A DNA stretch of 64,000 nt from Eledone cirrhosa (taxonomy: Eukaryota). The position numbers and the translations under genes are program-made. The stretch spans positions 20,026,001 through 20,090,000 of the forward strand of contig OZ024763.1 of NCBI GenBank assembly GCA_964016885.1. Direction: 5' to 3'. Numbering within the stretch: the first letter of the stretch is position 1; every line of letters begins with the position of its first letter. This document shows, piece after piece, positions 42,001-54,931 of this stretch. The notes under the pieces were generated by a model, which was given only the letters and a program-made list of their open reading frames with translations, was not told where the DNA came from and did no database searches.

Positions 42001-45000
42001 GATGTAGCAGAAGACACCCATGTCTCTTGTGGTGACCTCCTGGCAGTTGATGTAGCAGAAGACACTCCTGTCTCTTGTGGTGACCTCCTGGTAGTTGATG
42101 TAGCAGAAGACACTCATGTCTCTTGTGGTGACCTCCTGGTAGTTGATGTAGCAGAAGACGCTCATGTCACTTGTGGTGACCTCCTGGTAGTTGATGTAGC
42201 AGAAGACACTCATGTCTCTTGCGGCAGACTCCTGGTAGTTGATGTAACAGAAGACACTCATGTCTCTTGCAGTGACCTCCTGGCAGTTGATGTAGCAGAA
42301 GACACTCATGTCTCTTGTGGTGACCTCCTGGTAGTTGATGTAGCAGAAGACACTCATGTCTCTTGTGGTGACCTCCTGGCAGTTGATGTAGCAGAAGACA
42401 CTCATGTCTCTTGTGGTGACCTCCTGGTAGTTGATGTAGCAGAAGACACTCATGTCTCTTGCGGCAGACTCCTGGTAGTTGATGTAACAGAAGACACTCA
42501 TGTCTCTTGCAGTGACCTCCTGGCAGTTGATGTAGCAGAAGACACTCATGTCTCTTGTGGTGACCTCCTGGTAGTTGATGTAGCAGAAGACACTCATGTC
42601 TCTTGTGGTGACCTCCTGGCAGTTGATGTAGCAGAAGACACTCATGTCTCTTGTGGTGACCTCCTGGCAGTTGATGTAGCAGAAGACACTCATGTCTCTT
42701 GTGGTGATCTCCTGGTAGTTGATGTAGCAGAAGACACTCATGTCTCTTGCGGCAGACTCCTGGCAGTTGATGTAACAGAAGACACTCATGTCTCTTGCGG
42801 CAGACTCCTGGTAGTTGATGTAGCAGAAGACACTCATGTCTCTTGTGGTGACCTCCTGGTAGTTGATATAGCAGAAGACACTCATGTCTCTTGTGGTGAC
42901 CTCCTGGTAGTTGATGTAGCAGAAGACACTCATGTCTCTTGTGGTGACCTCCTGGCAGTTGATGTAGCAGAAGACACTCATGTCTCTTGTGGTGACCTCC
43001 TGGCAGTTGATGTAGCAGAAGACACTCATGTCTCTTGTGGTGATCTCCTGGTAGTTGATGTAGCAGAAGACACTCATGTCTCTTGCGGCAGACTCCTGGC
43101 AGTTGATGTAACAGAAGACACTCATGTCTCTTGCGGCAGACTCCTGGTAGTTGATGTAGCAGAAGACACTCATGTCTCTTGTGGTGACCTCCTGGTAGTT
43201 GATGTAACAGAAGACACTCATGTCTCTTGTGGTGACCTCCTGGCAGTTGATGTAACAGAAGACGCTCATGTCTCTTGTGGTGACCTCCTGGTAGTTGATG
43301 TAGCAGAAGACACTCATGTCTCTTGTGGTGACCTCCTGGTAGTTGATGTAACAGAAGACACTCATGTCTCTTGCGGCAGACTCCTGGTAGTTGATGTAAC
43401 AGAAGACACTCATGTCTCTTGTGGTGACCACCTGGTAGTTGATGTAACAGAAGACACTCATGTCTCTTGTGGTGATCTCCTGGCAGTTGATGTAGCAGAA
43501 GACACTCATGTCTCTTGTGGTGACCTCCTGGTAGTTGATATAGCAGAAGACACTCATGTCTCTTGTGGTGACCTCCTGGCAGTTGATGTAGCAGAAGACA
43601 CTCATGTCTCTTGTGGTGACCTCCTGGTAGTTGATGTAACAGAAGACACTCATGTCTCTTGTGGTGACCTCCTGGTAGTTGATGTAACAGAAGACACTCA
43701 TGTCTCTTGTGGTGACCTCCTGGTAGTTGATGTAACAGAAGACACTCATGTCTCTTGTGGTGACCTCCTGGCAGTTGATGTAACAGAAGACACTCATGTC
43801 TCTTGTGGTGACCTCCTGGTAGTTGATGTAGCAGAAGACACTCATGTCTCTTGTGGTGACCTCCTGGTAGTTGATGTAACAGAAGACACTCATGTCTCTT
43901 GTGGTGACCTCCTGGTAGTTGATGTAACAGAAGACGCTCATGTCTCTTGTGGTGACCTCCTGGTAGTTGATGTAACAGAAGACACTCATGTCTCTTGTGG
44001 TGACCTCCTGGCAGTTGATGTAACAGAAGACACTCATGTCTCTTGTGGTGACCTCCTGGCAGTTGATGTAGCAGAAGACACTCATGTCTCTTGTGGTGAT
44101 CTCCTGGTAGTTGATGTAGCAGAAGACACTCATGTCTTTTGTGGTGACCTCCTGGTAGTTGATGTAGCAGAAGACACTCATGTCTCTTGTGGTGACCTCC
44201 TGGTAGTTGATGTAGCAGAAGACACTCATGTCTCTTGTGGTGACCTCCTGGCAGTTGATGTAGCAGAAGACACTCATGTCTCTTGTGGTGACCTCCTGGT
44301 AGTTGATGTAGCAGAAGACACTCATGTCTCTTGTGGTGACCTCCTGGCAGTTGATGTAGCAGAAGACACTCATGTCTCTTGTGGTGACCTCCTGGTAGTT
44401 GATGTAACAGAAGACACTCATGTCTCTTGTGGTGACCTCCTGGTAGTTGATGTAACAGAAGACACTCATGTCTCTTGTGGTGACCTCCTGGCAGTTGATG
44501 TAACAGAAGACACTCATGTCTCTTGTGGTGATCTCCTGGCAGTTGATGTAGCAGAAGACACTCATGTCTCTTGTGGTGATCTCCTGGCAGTTGATGTAAC
44601 AGAAGACACTCATGTCTCTTGCGGCAGACTCCTGGTAGTTGATGTAACAGAAGACACTCATGTCTCTTGTGGTGACCTCCTGGCAGTTGATGTAACAGAA
44701 GACACTCATGTCTCTTGTGGTGACCTCCTGGTAGTTGATGTAGCAGAAGACACTCATGTCTCTTGTGGTGATCTCCTGGCAGTTGATGTAACAGAAGACA
44801 CTCATGTCTCTTGTGGTGACCTCCTGGTAGTTGATGTAGCAGAAGACACTCATGTCTCTTGTGGTGACCTCCTGGCAGTTGATGTAACAGAAGACACTCA
44901 TGTCTCTTGTGGTGACCTCCTGGCAGTTGATGTAACAGAAGACACTCATGTCTCTTGCGGCAGACTCCTGGCAGTTGATGTAACAGAAGACACTCATGTC

Positions 45001-46612
45001 TCTTGTGGTGACCTCCTGGCAGTTGATGTAACAGAAGACACTCATGTCTCTTGTGGTGATCTCCTGGCAGTTGATGTAGCAGAAGACACTCATGTCTCTT
45101 GTGGTGACCTCCTGGTAGTTGATGTAACAGAAGACACTCATGTCTCTTGTGGTGATCTCCTGGCAGTTGATGTAGCAGAAGACACTCATGTCTCTTGTGG
45201 TGATCTCCTGGTAGTTGATGTAGCAGAAGACACTCATGTCTCTTGTGGTGACCTCCTGGTAGTTGATGTAACAGAAGACACTCATGTCTCTTGTGGTGAC
45301 CTCCTGGCAGTTGATGTAGCAGAAGACACTCATGTCCCTTGTGGTGACCTCCTGGTAGTTGATGTAGCAGAAGACACTCATGTCTCTTGTGGTGACCTCC
45401 TGGTAGTTGATGTAGCAGAAGACACTCATGTCTCTTGTGGTGACCTCCTGGTAGTTGATGTAACAGAAGACACTCATGTCTCTTGTGGTGACCTCCTGGC
45501 AGTTGATGTAACAGAAGACACTCATGTCTCTTGTGGTGATCTCCTGGTAGTTGATGTAGCAGAAGACACTCATGTCTCTTGTGGTGACCTCCTGGTAGTT
45601 GATGTAGCAGAAGACACTCATGTCTCTTGTGGTGATCTCCTGGCAGTTGATGTAGCAGAAGACACTCATGTCTCTTGTGGTGACCTCCTGGTAGTTGATG
45701 TAGCAGAAGACACTCATGTCTCTTGTGGTGACCTCCTGGCAGTTGATGTAGCAGAAGACACTCATGTCTCTTGTGGTGACCTCCTGGCAGTTGATGTAAC
45801 AGAAGACACTCATGTCTCTTGTGGTGACCTCCTGGCAGTTGATGTAACAGAAGACACTCATGTCTCTTGCGGTGACCTCCTGGTAGTTGATGTAACAGAA
45901 GACACTCATGTCTCTTGTGGTGACCTCCTGGCAGTTGATGTAACAGAAGACACTCATGTCTCTTGTGGTGACCTCCTGGCAGTTGATGTAACAGAAGACA
46001 CTCATGTCTCTTGCGGTGACCTCCTGGTAGTTGATGTAACAGAAGACACTCATGTCTCTTGTGGTGACCTCCTGGCAGTTGATGTAACAGAAGACACTCA
46101 TGTCTCTTGTGGTGACCTCCTGGCAGTTGATGTAACAGAAGACACTCATGTCTCTTGTGGTGACCTCCTGGCAGTTGATGTAACAGAAGACACTCATGTC
46201 TCTTGCGGTGACCTCCTGGTAGTTGATGTAACAGAAGACACTCATGTCTCTTGTGGTGACCTCCTGGCAGTTGATGTAGCAGAAGACACTCATGTCTCTT
46301 GTGGTGATCTCCTGGCAGTTGCTGTAGCAGAAGACACTCAGTATGGAAGTTACTAAATGTATGCCAGATTTGATGACCAATTCATGTCAATCGTTAGTTT
46401 CAAACCTGAGCATAGAGATGTGTCTGCTCTGTGTGTGTGAAAATTTCTGCATTTCTTATGCAATCTTGGTATGTTACACCACAGATGATGTGCAGGCAGT
46501 TTGTGTGAAATATGTTCACTGCTTGTTTGTTTTTGTGTATGCACGATCCATGTCTCACATCCTTAAAGAAACACTGGCAGACATAGTGTATTATACATCC
46601 CTAACTTCAGAC
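39100..46612 (-). mobile_element. RTE-type LINE C-terminal remnant interrupted by the 48-bp array
   Basis: Upstream flank LKLGMYNTLCLPVFL*GCETW...RLT*IGH; downstream flank RQRPKTTFQRMVTKEL...DRNTW. Confidence 0.75.
39214..46340. repeat. 48-bp tandem array (~148 copies), LINE-derived
   Basis: Unit GTTGATGTARCAGAAGACACTCATGTCTCTTGTGGTGAYCTCCTGGYA; 16-aa periodicity in both giant ORFs. Confidence 0.97.
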
Positions 46613-46870
46613 TGTCAGTCATTGCCAAATCCTGGATTTGCAAACCAAAATCCCTGGAGATGACATCGAGATAGGAAAGCTTGCACTCCCTATTATTAGT
46701 GACTGCTTGTGGTTTCCAAAGCACTAATGGGGACACAGCCTCATAGGTGGCACGATGGCAGTGACCAGCAAATATTACTCTCCTTTTACATACAACGACA
46801 GATATGCGTGGGAGGCTGGCATATATTTCTTTGAAAGAATGTTCTGACGTTTACTCTGAGCACCAACGTC
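46612..46870 (-). mobile_element. Second RTE-type LINE 3' fragment
   Basis: Minus translation KEIYASLPRISVVVCKRRVIFAGHCHRA..EAVSPLVLWKP. Confidence 0.65.
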
Positions 46871-47304
46871 TGGTGATGGGCCAGATAAAGGCTCCGTGAA
46901 GACTAAATGCTCATTGTCTTTTATTGAGGCACCTGTTACCTGCACCTAGGCATTGATTGAGCTGTAGCCAGCCCACTCCCCCTTTCACAGTACTTTAATG
47001 GACTCCTAATTTTTTTTTGCTACCATAGATAATACACAAGGGCTCCAACGGAAATTTTCAGCCAGGGTGCTCCATACAAGCTTTGTCTGTTCCCTGTGTT
47101 TGAGTGTGCGTGTTTGTAAATATAAATGGCAGTTTTGAGATTCACAAAGTGTAAAATCCATATTCCCAACACTCACAAAATATATACACACAATCATACA
47201 CACATATATACATATATATACTCATACACACATATATATATGTCCCAAGGCTCTGATACCATCAACACTTTAAACACAGAGCTGGTATATCTAAGAACTG
47301 ACTA

Positions 47305-47360
47305 ACTGCCTGATGAGGTCATAGCCATTCAATGGCTATCATCAAAATATATATAGCAGT
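47305..47360 (+). ncRNA. Minimal hammerhead motif, family 3 (G12 mutated)
   Basis: ACTGC-CTGATGA-GGTCATAGCCATT(C)AATGGCTATCATC-AAAA-TATATATA-GCAGT, followed by AATAAA. Confidence 0.6.
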
Positions 47361-47634
47361 AAATAAAGGATTATGAGTTCATGCAATTGACTTATGTTTC
47401 GTCACTATATATATATATTATGTAATTTTATTATATCTAGCTAACTTAGTCGTTTACAATGCAAACACGGATATGTTGGTATTTGTGTTTATCAAATATA
47501 TTAATTTATATTAACTTGTATTACACGGCTCAGAAATACTTCTTTCTTTGAGCTATTTCATTGTAAAGGAGTGCCTGAGTTTTGAACTCATTATTAATAG
47601 TATATATATATATATAAACTATAATTTTTAAAAT

Positions 47635-47685
47635 GGCTTCTACAGGATTAGAACTGTTTCATTCGTATGAAATCATCAGGATTTC
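47635..47685 (-). ncRNA. Hammerhead motif, family 1, weak stem I
   Basis: CTGATGA-T-TTC(ATAC)GAA-T-GAAACAG(TTCTAATC)CTGTA-GAAGCC. Confidence 0.55.
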
Positions 47686-48167
47686 ATTTGGGATCTATAT
47701 ATATATATATATATATATATGAGTGTGTGTATATATGTGTGTGAGAAATAAATATATCTAAAAAATAATGTTAAATAAAATCAGCTATTTTTTAAAAACA
47801 AAGCATGTCTCTCACTTTCTCCTCCCTCTCTCTCTTCGCTCATATAATCTGCTCTCACTCTCTCTCTCTCTCTCATTCTCTCTCTCTCTCTCATTCTCTC
47901 TCCCTCTCTCACTCTCTCTCCCTCACTCTCACTCTCTCTCTCACTCTCTCTCTCTCCCCCACCTCTCTCTCTCCCACCCATATCTCCCCCCACCTCTCAC
48001 CCCCACCCATATCTCTCTCTCCCACCCACCTCTCTTTCTCCCACCACCCCTCTTTATCCCACCTATCTCTCTTTCTCCCACCCATCTCTCTCTCTCTCTC
48101 CCACCCATCTCTCTCTCTCTCTCCCACCCTTACTCTGCACTCTCACACACTTTCTCTACCCTCATCT

Positions 48168-48491
48168 CTAGTCAGTTCTGTCATGGTGAAACACCCCCTT
48201 AGGTTCAGGTTTTGCCACATACATCTTCCTCAGGCTGTTATTCATTATAAAGTCCACAGAATGGTCAATAGGTTTCACAATGAAAGGAATACAACCGAGA
48301 CCAATAATTGTCGTAGTCCACCGACGAACGTTGACAGGTAACGAAGTGCTCTTCTTCAGTATGTAATTAGTACCGGCACACACTCGGTTAATGGTAAATC
48401 CAGGAATCACTACTGATGCCAACCCTTGCCAAACGATTGTATCTGCTATCGCTATTAGTCGGTTCTTTGTAACATTCGATTTGTCAGATTT
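48168..48491 (-). CDS. MTFP1: Mitochondrial fission process protein 1, coding exon 3
   Basis: ttttcag|AAA TCT GAC; DTIVWQGLASVVIPGFTINRVC...GLGCIPFIVKPIDHSVD is the MTP18 signature; ends in TAG. Confidence 0.95.
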   Translation of the reverse strand, partial: KSDKSNVTKNRLIAIADTIVWQGLASVVIPGFTINRVCAGTNYILKKSTSLPVNVRRWTTTIIGLGCIPFIVKPIDHSVDFIMNNSLRKMYVAKPEPKGVFHHDRTD

Positions 48492-48544
48492 CTGAAAATA
48501 AACGAACACTTTCATTAATATATTCTTAATGTAATAGTCTATAT

Positions 48545-49057
48545 TAGAGAACATAAAAATGAAAATAGAATCTACACACAGAAAAGACACAATGTTTAGA
48601 CAAATCAGAGGCAATAAACATAAATGAACTCCAACCAAAATTAAATAGAAAACATGAATGGAATAGCAACATCACAACTTACAATTAAGGACAAAATGAA
48701 AACACACACATAGAACAAACAACCAACCAGTAACATGTAAATAAACAAATAAATAAACAAATAAAAACACACACAGACACCCGGATGTAACACATGCGCA
48801 AACTAAGCACACAACACACACAAAAACAAGATGGCATAGGACAGAACAAAGGAGAGGCACAAAACAAAGAAAAGAATCCCCAGTCATTGAAGAGGTTACA
48901 GAATGTGTGACGAAAGAACTTTGACAATATATGAACAACCGTCCGGTTATGGAACCAACCAACCAACCGGAAATTTATAAATTTAATTTATAATAAATTG
49001 GAGTGAAAGCAACTGGTGCGTGTGTTTCTTATTGGCAACATGACCCTCCCAAAGTAT

Positions 49058-49063
<6 letters not shown>
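48545..49063 (+). mobile_element. Penelope-like element 3' end, family 2 (GIY-YIG tail plus degenerate hammerhead 48882-48925)
   Basis: EAINI.ELQPKLNRK resembles the GIY-YIG C-terminal E..I...P.LN motif; homologous to 57087-57560. Confidence 0.7.
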
Positions 49064-49103
<40 letters not shown>

Positions 49104-49829
49104 ATTAATTAAGATTTTTCATTATTGTCAAAGAAGATACACTTGGGACCCAAATGATAAGAGGGCGGCGTTGGAATAAGGTGGAGGGTTGAAAAATCAG
49201 TAATTTTTCTAGGTTTACTCTGTTGATTTTTTAAAAAACCAGAATTAGTCGTTTAGTTTACATATTGAAATCCCAAACCATCCTATTTATTTTATAACGT
49301 ATGGAATTTCTAGTAATGTACTTTCCTTGTCATGTATAATGTTTATTAATGTCTAAAGAAATTTAATTGTTGCAGGAATGCTACCACTTAAAATAAAATT
49401 TCGCAGGAGATAGATTAACAAAATTTAATTTTGATGGTTGGGGGTCGGGTGAAATAAGAGCAGGGTGAGTGGGGTGGGAAAAATTGATAGGTAGGGTCGA
49501 TGATTATTCAAGATCCGAGAGTATGTAGCCGATCTCTCCCTTTGACTCACAGTAAATTGCAAACATTAAATCAATTTTAACGTGTGTGTGCGACAACGCA
49601 CACACAAAATAAAAATAAATTGGTCAGAAAATTGTGTAAATAAGGGAAATAACTCAACTAAAATTAAGTTTTCAAGGGAGGTAATCTTGTGGCTAATTTT
49701 TCAGATTTGTTTAGAAATGTAGAAAATCTCAAAAACAGGAAAATAGCCATCATTTGGTTTCTATGGTTGTATGCCCTTCTTAACATCAAACCAGGTTTAC
49801 AGCGTGGACTGGGTGCTTTTTATCGTTAC

Positions 49830-50480
49830 ACTAATACAACCACTTTGCAGTGAGGACTGGGTGTTTTTTGTCGTGACACTAACACAACCACTTTACAGTG
49901 TGGACTGAGTGCTTTTTGTTGTGACACCTTCAGGACCACTTTACAGTGTGGACTGAGTGCTTTTTGTTGTGACACATACAGGACCACTTTACAGTGTGGA
50001 CTGAGTGCTTTTTGTTGTGACACCTTCAGGACCACTTTACAGTGTGGACTGAGTGCTTTTTGTTGTGACACATACAGGACCACTTTACAGTGTGGACTGA
50101 GTGCTTTTTGTTGTGACACATACAGGACCACTTTACAGTGTGGACTGAGTGCTTTTTGTTGACACCTTCAGGACCACTTTACAGTGTGGACTGAGTGCTT
50201 TTTGTTGTGACACCTTCAGGACCACTTTACAGTGTGGACTGAGTGCTTTTTGTTGTGACACATACAGGACCACTTTACAGTGTGGACTGAGTGCTTTTTG
50301 TTGTGACACCTTCAGGACCACTTTACAGTGTGGACAGTGCTTTTTGTTGTGACACATACAGGACCACTTTACAGTGTGGACTGAGTGCTTTTTGTTGTGA
50401 CACATACAGGACCACTTTACAGTGTGGACTGAGTGCTTTTTGTTGTGACACTTACATGACCACTTTGAGCTGGGTGCTTT
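49830..50480. repeat. 48-bp minisatellite (~13 copies) derived from a SINE body, in MTFP1 intron 2
   Basis: Unit GGACCACTTTACAGTGTGGACTGAGTGCTTTTTGTTGTGACACCTTCA/ATACA; contiguous with SINE-like ATGCCCTTC.TAACA.CAA..TTTACAG at 49770. Confidence 0.88.
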
Positions 50481-50554
50481 TTATCATAGTACGACCACTT
50501 CATTAGAAACAATATATAAATAATTAATACGATATAAGAAGAAAGAGTTTTTAC

Positions 50555-50682
50555 CTTGGCTGCAACCTGTCCTTTGTGGTTAGCATCAGCTATGACATAC
50601 GCACAGGACACGAAATAGCTGAATCGAACAACATTCACATGGACTAAAGCTCGGAAGGCCTCACCGACCTCGTTTGCGTACC
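50555..50682 (-). CDS. MTFP1: MTFP1 coding exon 2
   Basis: ttctag|GG TAC GCA...GCC AAG|gtaaaa; (G)YANEVGEAFRALVHVNVVRFSYFVSCAYVIADANHKGQVAAK. Confidence 0.95.
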
Positions 50683-51145
50683 CTAGAATAATTAACGAGA
50701 ATTTTATAGGCTCAATTAGTTTCATCAAAGTTTAATCATCATCTTCATTATCACCATCATTATGACTACCATCTCCATTAACCTCATCGTCACCACCACC
50801 ATCATCATCATTTTTATCATCAATACCATCATTACTGTCAGCCTTTTCATCACCATCACCACCACCACCACCGCTTTCATCATATCCACCACCACCACCA
50901 CCACCACATTATGCGCACACACCTTGTGATATTGAAAGTTGAAACTACAGCTCGCATCTGTGCAACTTTACCTGGTGTCATACAATATTGCATCTCATAG
51001 GTTTCTCAAGTGTTTTAATGACAGGAACCCCAGTCTTACGTTATTGTTACAGATCACACCTTTGGAGGTTTCTCAGGTGGGTTAATGACAGGAACCCCAG
51101 TCCTATTATAGTTTATTGATATATATAAATATATATAAATATATA

Positions 51146-51265
51146 TAGGAAAAAGTCAGGACCCCGACAGCTGAGCTCCAGCCGTTTCGACAGCTAGATA
51201 CAAAAGTTCGGAACTAGCTGTCGAAACAGCCAGAGCTCAGCTGTCGGGGTCTTGACTTTTTCCTA
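51146..51265. repeat. ~120-bp hairpin from an inverted repeat terminus (family 5)
   Basis: TAGGAAAAAGTCAGGACCCCGACAGCTGAGCTC... pairs with ...GAGCTCAGCTGTCGGGGTCTTGACTTTTTCCTA; related pieces at ~34945, ~52430 and ~59770. Confidence 0.8.
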
Positions 51266-51382
51266 TTACCCACTCTGCTACCCTAAGTATCAAGCACTCT
51301 GGTGCATTATGGTCCACCTGGTTTCTTACCATACTTTCTTTGTTATATATATATATATACAGTATAGTTATATATATATATA

Positions 51383-51800
51383 CTGCATACGAACATCAAT
51401 GTTACATGGCAGTGAGACCTGGGCATTGTGTGCAGAGGATATGCGCAGACTAGAGAGGAACGAAGCTTGCATGCTCCGCTGGATGTGTAATAGTAATATA
51501 CGTGAATGGCAAAGCATAAACGAACTAAGGAAAAAATTAGAAATAAGAGGGATCAGATGTTGTTTACTCGAGAGAAGACTACGTTGGTATGGTCACGTGA
51601 TGCACATGAAAGACGACAGCTGTATAACAAAGTGCAGGGCAATATAGATAGACGGTAGCCACGGAGTAGGTAGACCCAGAAAAACCTGGGACGACCTGAT
51701 AAATTCCGACCTCACACACTTACACCTCTCCAAGACAATGTCACTGGACCGAGATCTTTGGTGGTACTCAGTAATAGAGAAGACCCGCCTTACCTAAATA
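51383..51800 (+). mobile_element. RTE LINE 3' fragment
   Basis: MLHGSETW...RRLERNE..MLRWMC...RRLRWYGHV...GRPRKTW. Confidence 0.88.
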
Positions 51801-52510
51801 CAAAGTAAAACCTACTACAGTCAGAGACATCTCTAACAAAATACACCCCCGTCCCACCACCCCTATCCCAACCACACCGCCCCTTTCAATGTAAAGTTAT
51901 GTTGGTGCCACAACATCCAGGCCGAAACAAATGAGATCGTGTAGGTGTCACAACAAAAAAACACACAGTCCACGCTGTAATGTGACCGTGTAGGCAACAC
52001 GGTAAAAACCTCCCAGTCCCACACTGTAAATGTGGTTGGTGTTAGGAAGGGCATCCAGCTGTAGAAAACCCGCCAGACAGTCCTATGCGAGCAAGACAAC
52101 CAATCTTGCTTCAAGTGGGAAAACTCCCGTCCAAACCCATGCAAGTGTGGAACATGGACGTTAAATGATGATGATGATATATATGTAGACATACACACAT
52201 ACAAAAACACCCACATTTTGTTACAGCTCACTGCTGTAATTTTGGCTGGCTTCCTACCAGGCTGTTTTTGTATTTTAAAATGACTTACTTTATGTGTGTA
52301 TATATATATATATATATAAGAGAGAGAGAGGGGGATCAGGATTTTACCAGTTTTTAACTAGTAAGACTATTCAGCAGAGTACTCGACACTTGGGAAGTAG
52401 AGTATAAATATAGTAAAGTCAAAGCCCAAAGGTTGAGCTCCTGCCGTTTCAACAGCAAATTCCAAAATCTGGAAACAGCAAGACCCCAGCCATTGGGCCC
52501 TGACCCTCTG

Positions 52511-52630
<120 letters not shown>

Positions 52631-53302
52631 GAGAGAGATGCACACACATACATACATTCACCTATGAGGTTACATCTTATAGGTTTCTCAGGTTTTTTAA
52701 TGGTAGGGTCCCCACTTCAGATAATGGTGATGGTGTTAATAGTGATGATGATATGGAGTGTCATGCCCATTCCAAGAATCGAACCCAGGACCTTGTGATC
52801 AGGAGTACAAACAACAACAACATAAAAATTCGACCTTGGTGGGTTTTTGAAGTCACAAGGCCAAGAAAAAACATAACTAAATACTTGCAAAGGTATGTTG
52901 CCTGTTGCTTTACTGATTCTGTCAACCCACCACCCCAGCTGGGGCAAATGTATTATGATTTTTTTTTAGATACATTCCCTGCCAGCATTTTCCTCTTCCT
53001 TCCACTGAACCACTTACTATTACATATTTCTTCATTTGCCCTTCTCCTGACACCCTCTCTCTCAGATTTTTGTCCTCAAGCCACCCCCTTCTCTTTCCCC
53101 TCTCTTCCTCCTGCCACACACGCACACACAATCTCTCTCTTTCTCTATCTCTCTCTGTAACCTTTATAAAACATGCCATGATGAGTGAGACAGAGAGAGA
53201 GAGAATGAAGGGTGGTTGAGATGGGTGTGAGAGTTAAGGTGAAAGAGATAATCAGGGCATGAAACCAAAAGGTAACAGGTAAAAAACTGAGGTGTGTGTA
53301 TA

Positions 53303-53355
<53 letters not shown>

Positions 53356-53613
53356 TCATCATCATCATCGTTTAACATCCATCTTCCACGCTTGCATGGG
53401 TTTGGGCGGGAATTTTCCCACTTGAGGCAAGATTGGTTGTCTTGCTCGTATAGGACTATATATATGTATATATACATATATATACACACACACCTCAGTT
53501 TTTTACCTGTTACCTTTGTGTGTGTGTGTATATATATATATAGACACACAATCACACACATACATATACTATGTTAGCATGGAAACAGACATTAAACGGT
53601 GATGATGATACAC

Positions 53614-53647
<34 letters not shown>

Positions 53648-53915
53648 ATATATATACAGACAGAACTAGTGTCTTTCCTTTTCTACATTAAATGTCACAA
53701 GCCATACACTCACACACATATATGTACACGCATACACACATACAAAGCTGAATTAGAATCAAACGTGATGGTATGTGAACACAGACAGAAAGACAGGGAG
53801 GTCTTTATTAAGATTTATAAATAGAAAGGACATACATCTCATAGATATTTGTAATGACCCTTATATATAGAGAGAGAGAGAAAGGGAGAGACAGAGAGGG
53901 ACAGAGACAAACTCT

Positions 53916-53974
<59 letters not shown>

Positions 53975-53984
53975 ATAATAATGA

Positions 53985-54462
53985 AATTATTGTGTAAAGT
54001 GCTCAGGTGCACTACAACTCGTCAATATAGTACATAGAATAATACACAAATGTCAGGGAAGTACATGTTTGTATGTGTTAGCTGTAGTGTTGGCGGATCT
54101 CGGGAAGCATGGAGGCCTTAAAGGATGCAGTGTCTCGACAGCTAACAACTGATGCAGGTAGTTTGTTCCATGCTTCAGCAACTCTGAGCGTGAAAAAATG
54201 TTTCCGAAAGTCATGGGAACTGTGCTGTTTTCTTACTTTGTGGGCATGTCCACGTGTGTTAGACATATGGAAATCGAAAAGGCACTCAGGGTTGTTGTTG
54301 GCAAGATGGTTAACAATTTTGTGGGTATTTACCAAGTCAGTTGCCAGGCGTCGGAGCTTCAATGAATCCATGCCCAGGGAAGCAAGGCGCTCAGAGTACG
54401 GTAGATGCCTGATGGAGGGTATTCGCTTGGTTGCACGTCTCTGAACAGTTTCCAGGCGGTCA
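53985..54462 (-). mobile_element. CR1-clade LINE 3' fragment
   Basis: LETVQRRATKRIP..LKLRRL..DL...TRGH..K..RKHFFTLRV..WNKLP. Confidence 0.88.
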
Positions 54463-54469
54463 TATATAT

Positions 54470-54883
54470 AGATTGATCCTTTTGTATAGATAATAAAGGT
54501 TGTGACTCTTCTATATGTATATTAAAGGTTGTGAAGGCTCTTGTATATAGATTGGGATCCTTCTATATATTAATCCCTTAGCATTTACATTGCTCTATAT
54601 TTACTATTGTATTTTCATGGTAAAAGCTACCTCACATAATAAGGAATCTATGAGATTTTGATATTATTTATGTTGAGAACAATACCTTAACATAAGTATG
54701 AACAGCCAGTTACAGCCAATTTGAACAGAAGAGTTGAGAGAATTCTGGCCTGGTACGGCGAGGGCCCTTATATATAGATGTCACTTTTCTATATAGATAT
54801 TAAAGGCTGCAATGACCCTTATATGTACAGATAAAGGTTGTAACCCTTCTATGTGAATATTAAAGGCTGTGAAGGCCCTTGTA

Positions 54884-54931
<48 letters not shown>

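Noticed and set aside
39076-46380. 2434-aa and 2405-aa ORFs as real genes
   Set aside because: Both result from a stop-free 48-bp unit, start at TTG, have no unique domain, and the flanks are decayed LINE sequence.
48492-48638. N-terminal extension of the 156-aa MTFP1 ORF
   Set aside because: Intronic read-through upstream of the acceptor at 48492, overlapping a Penelope-like remnant.
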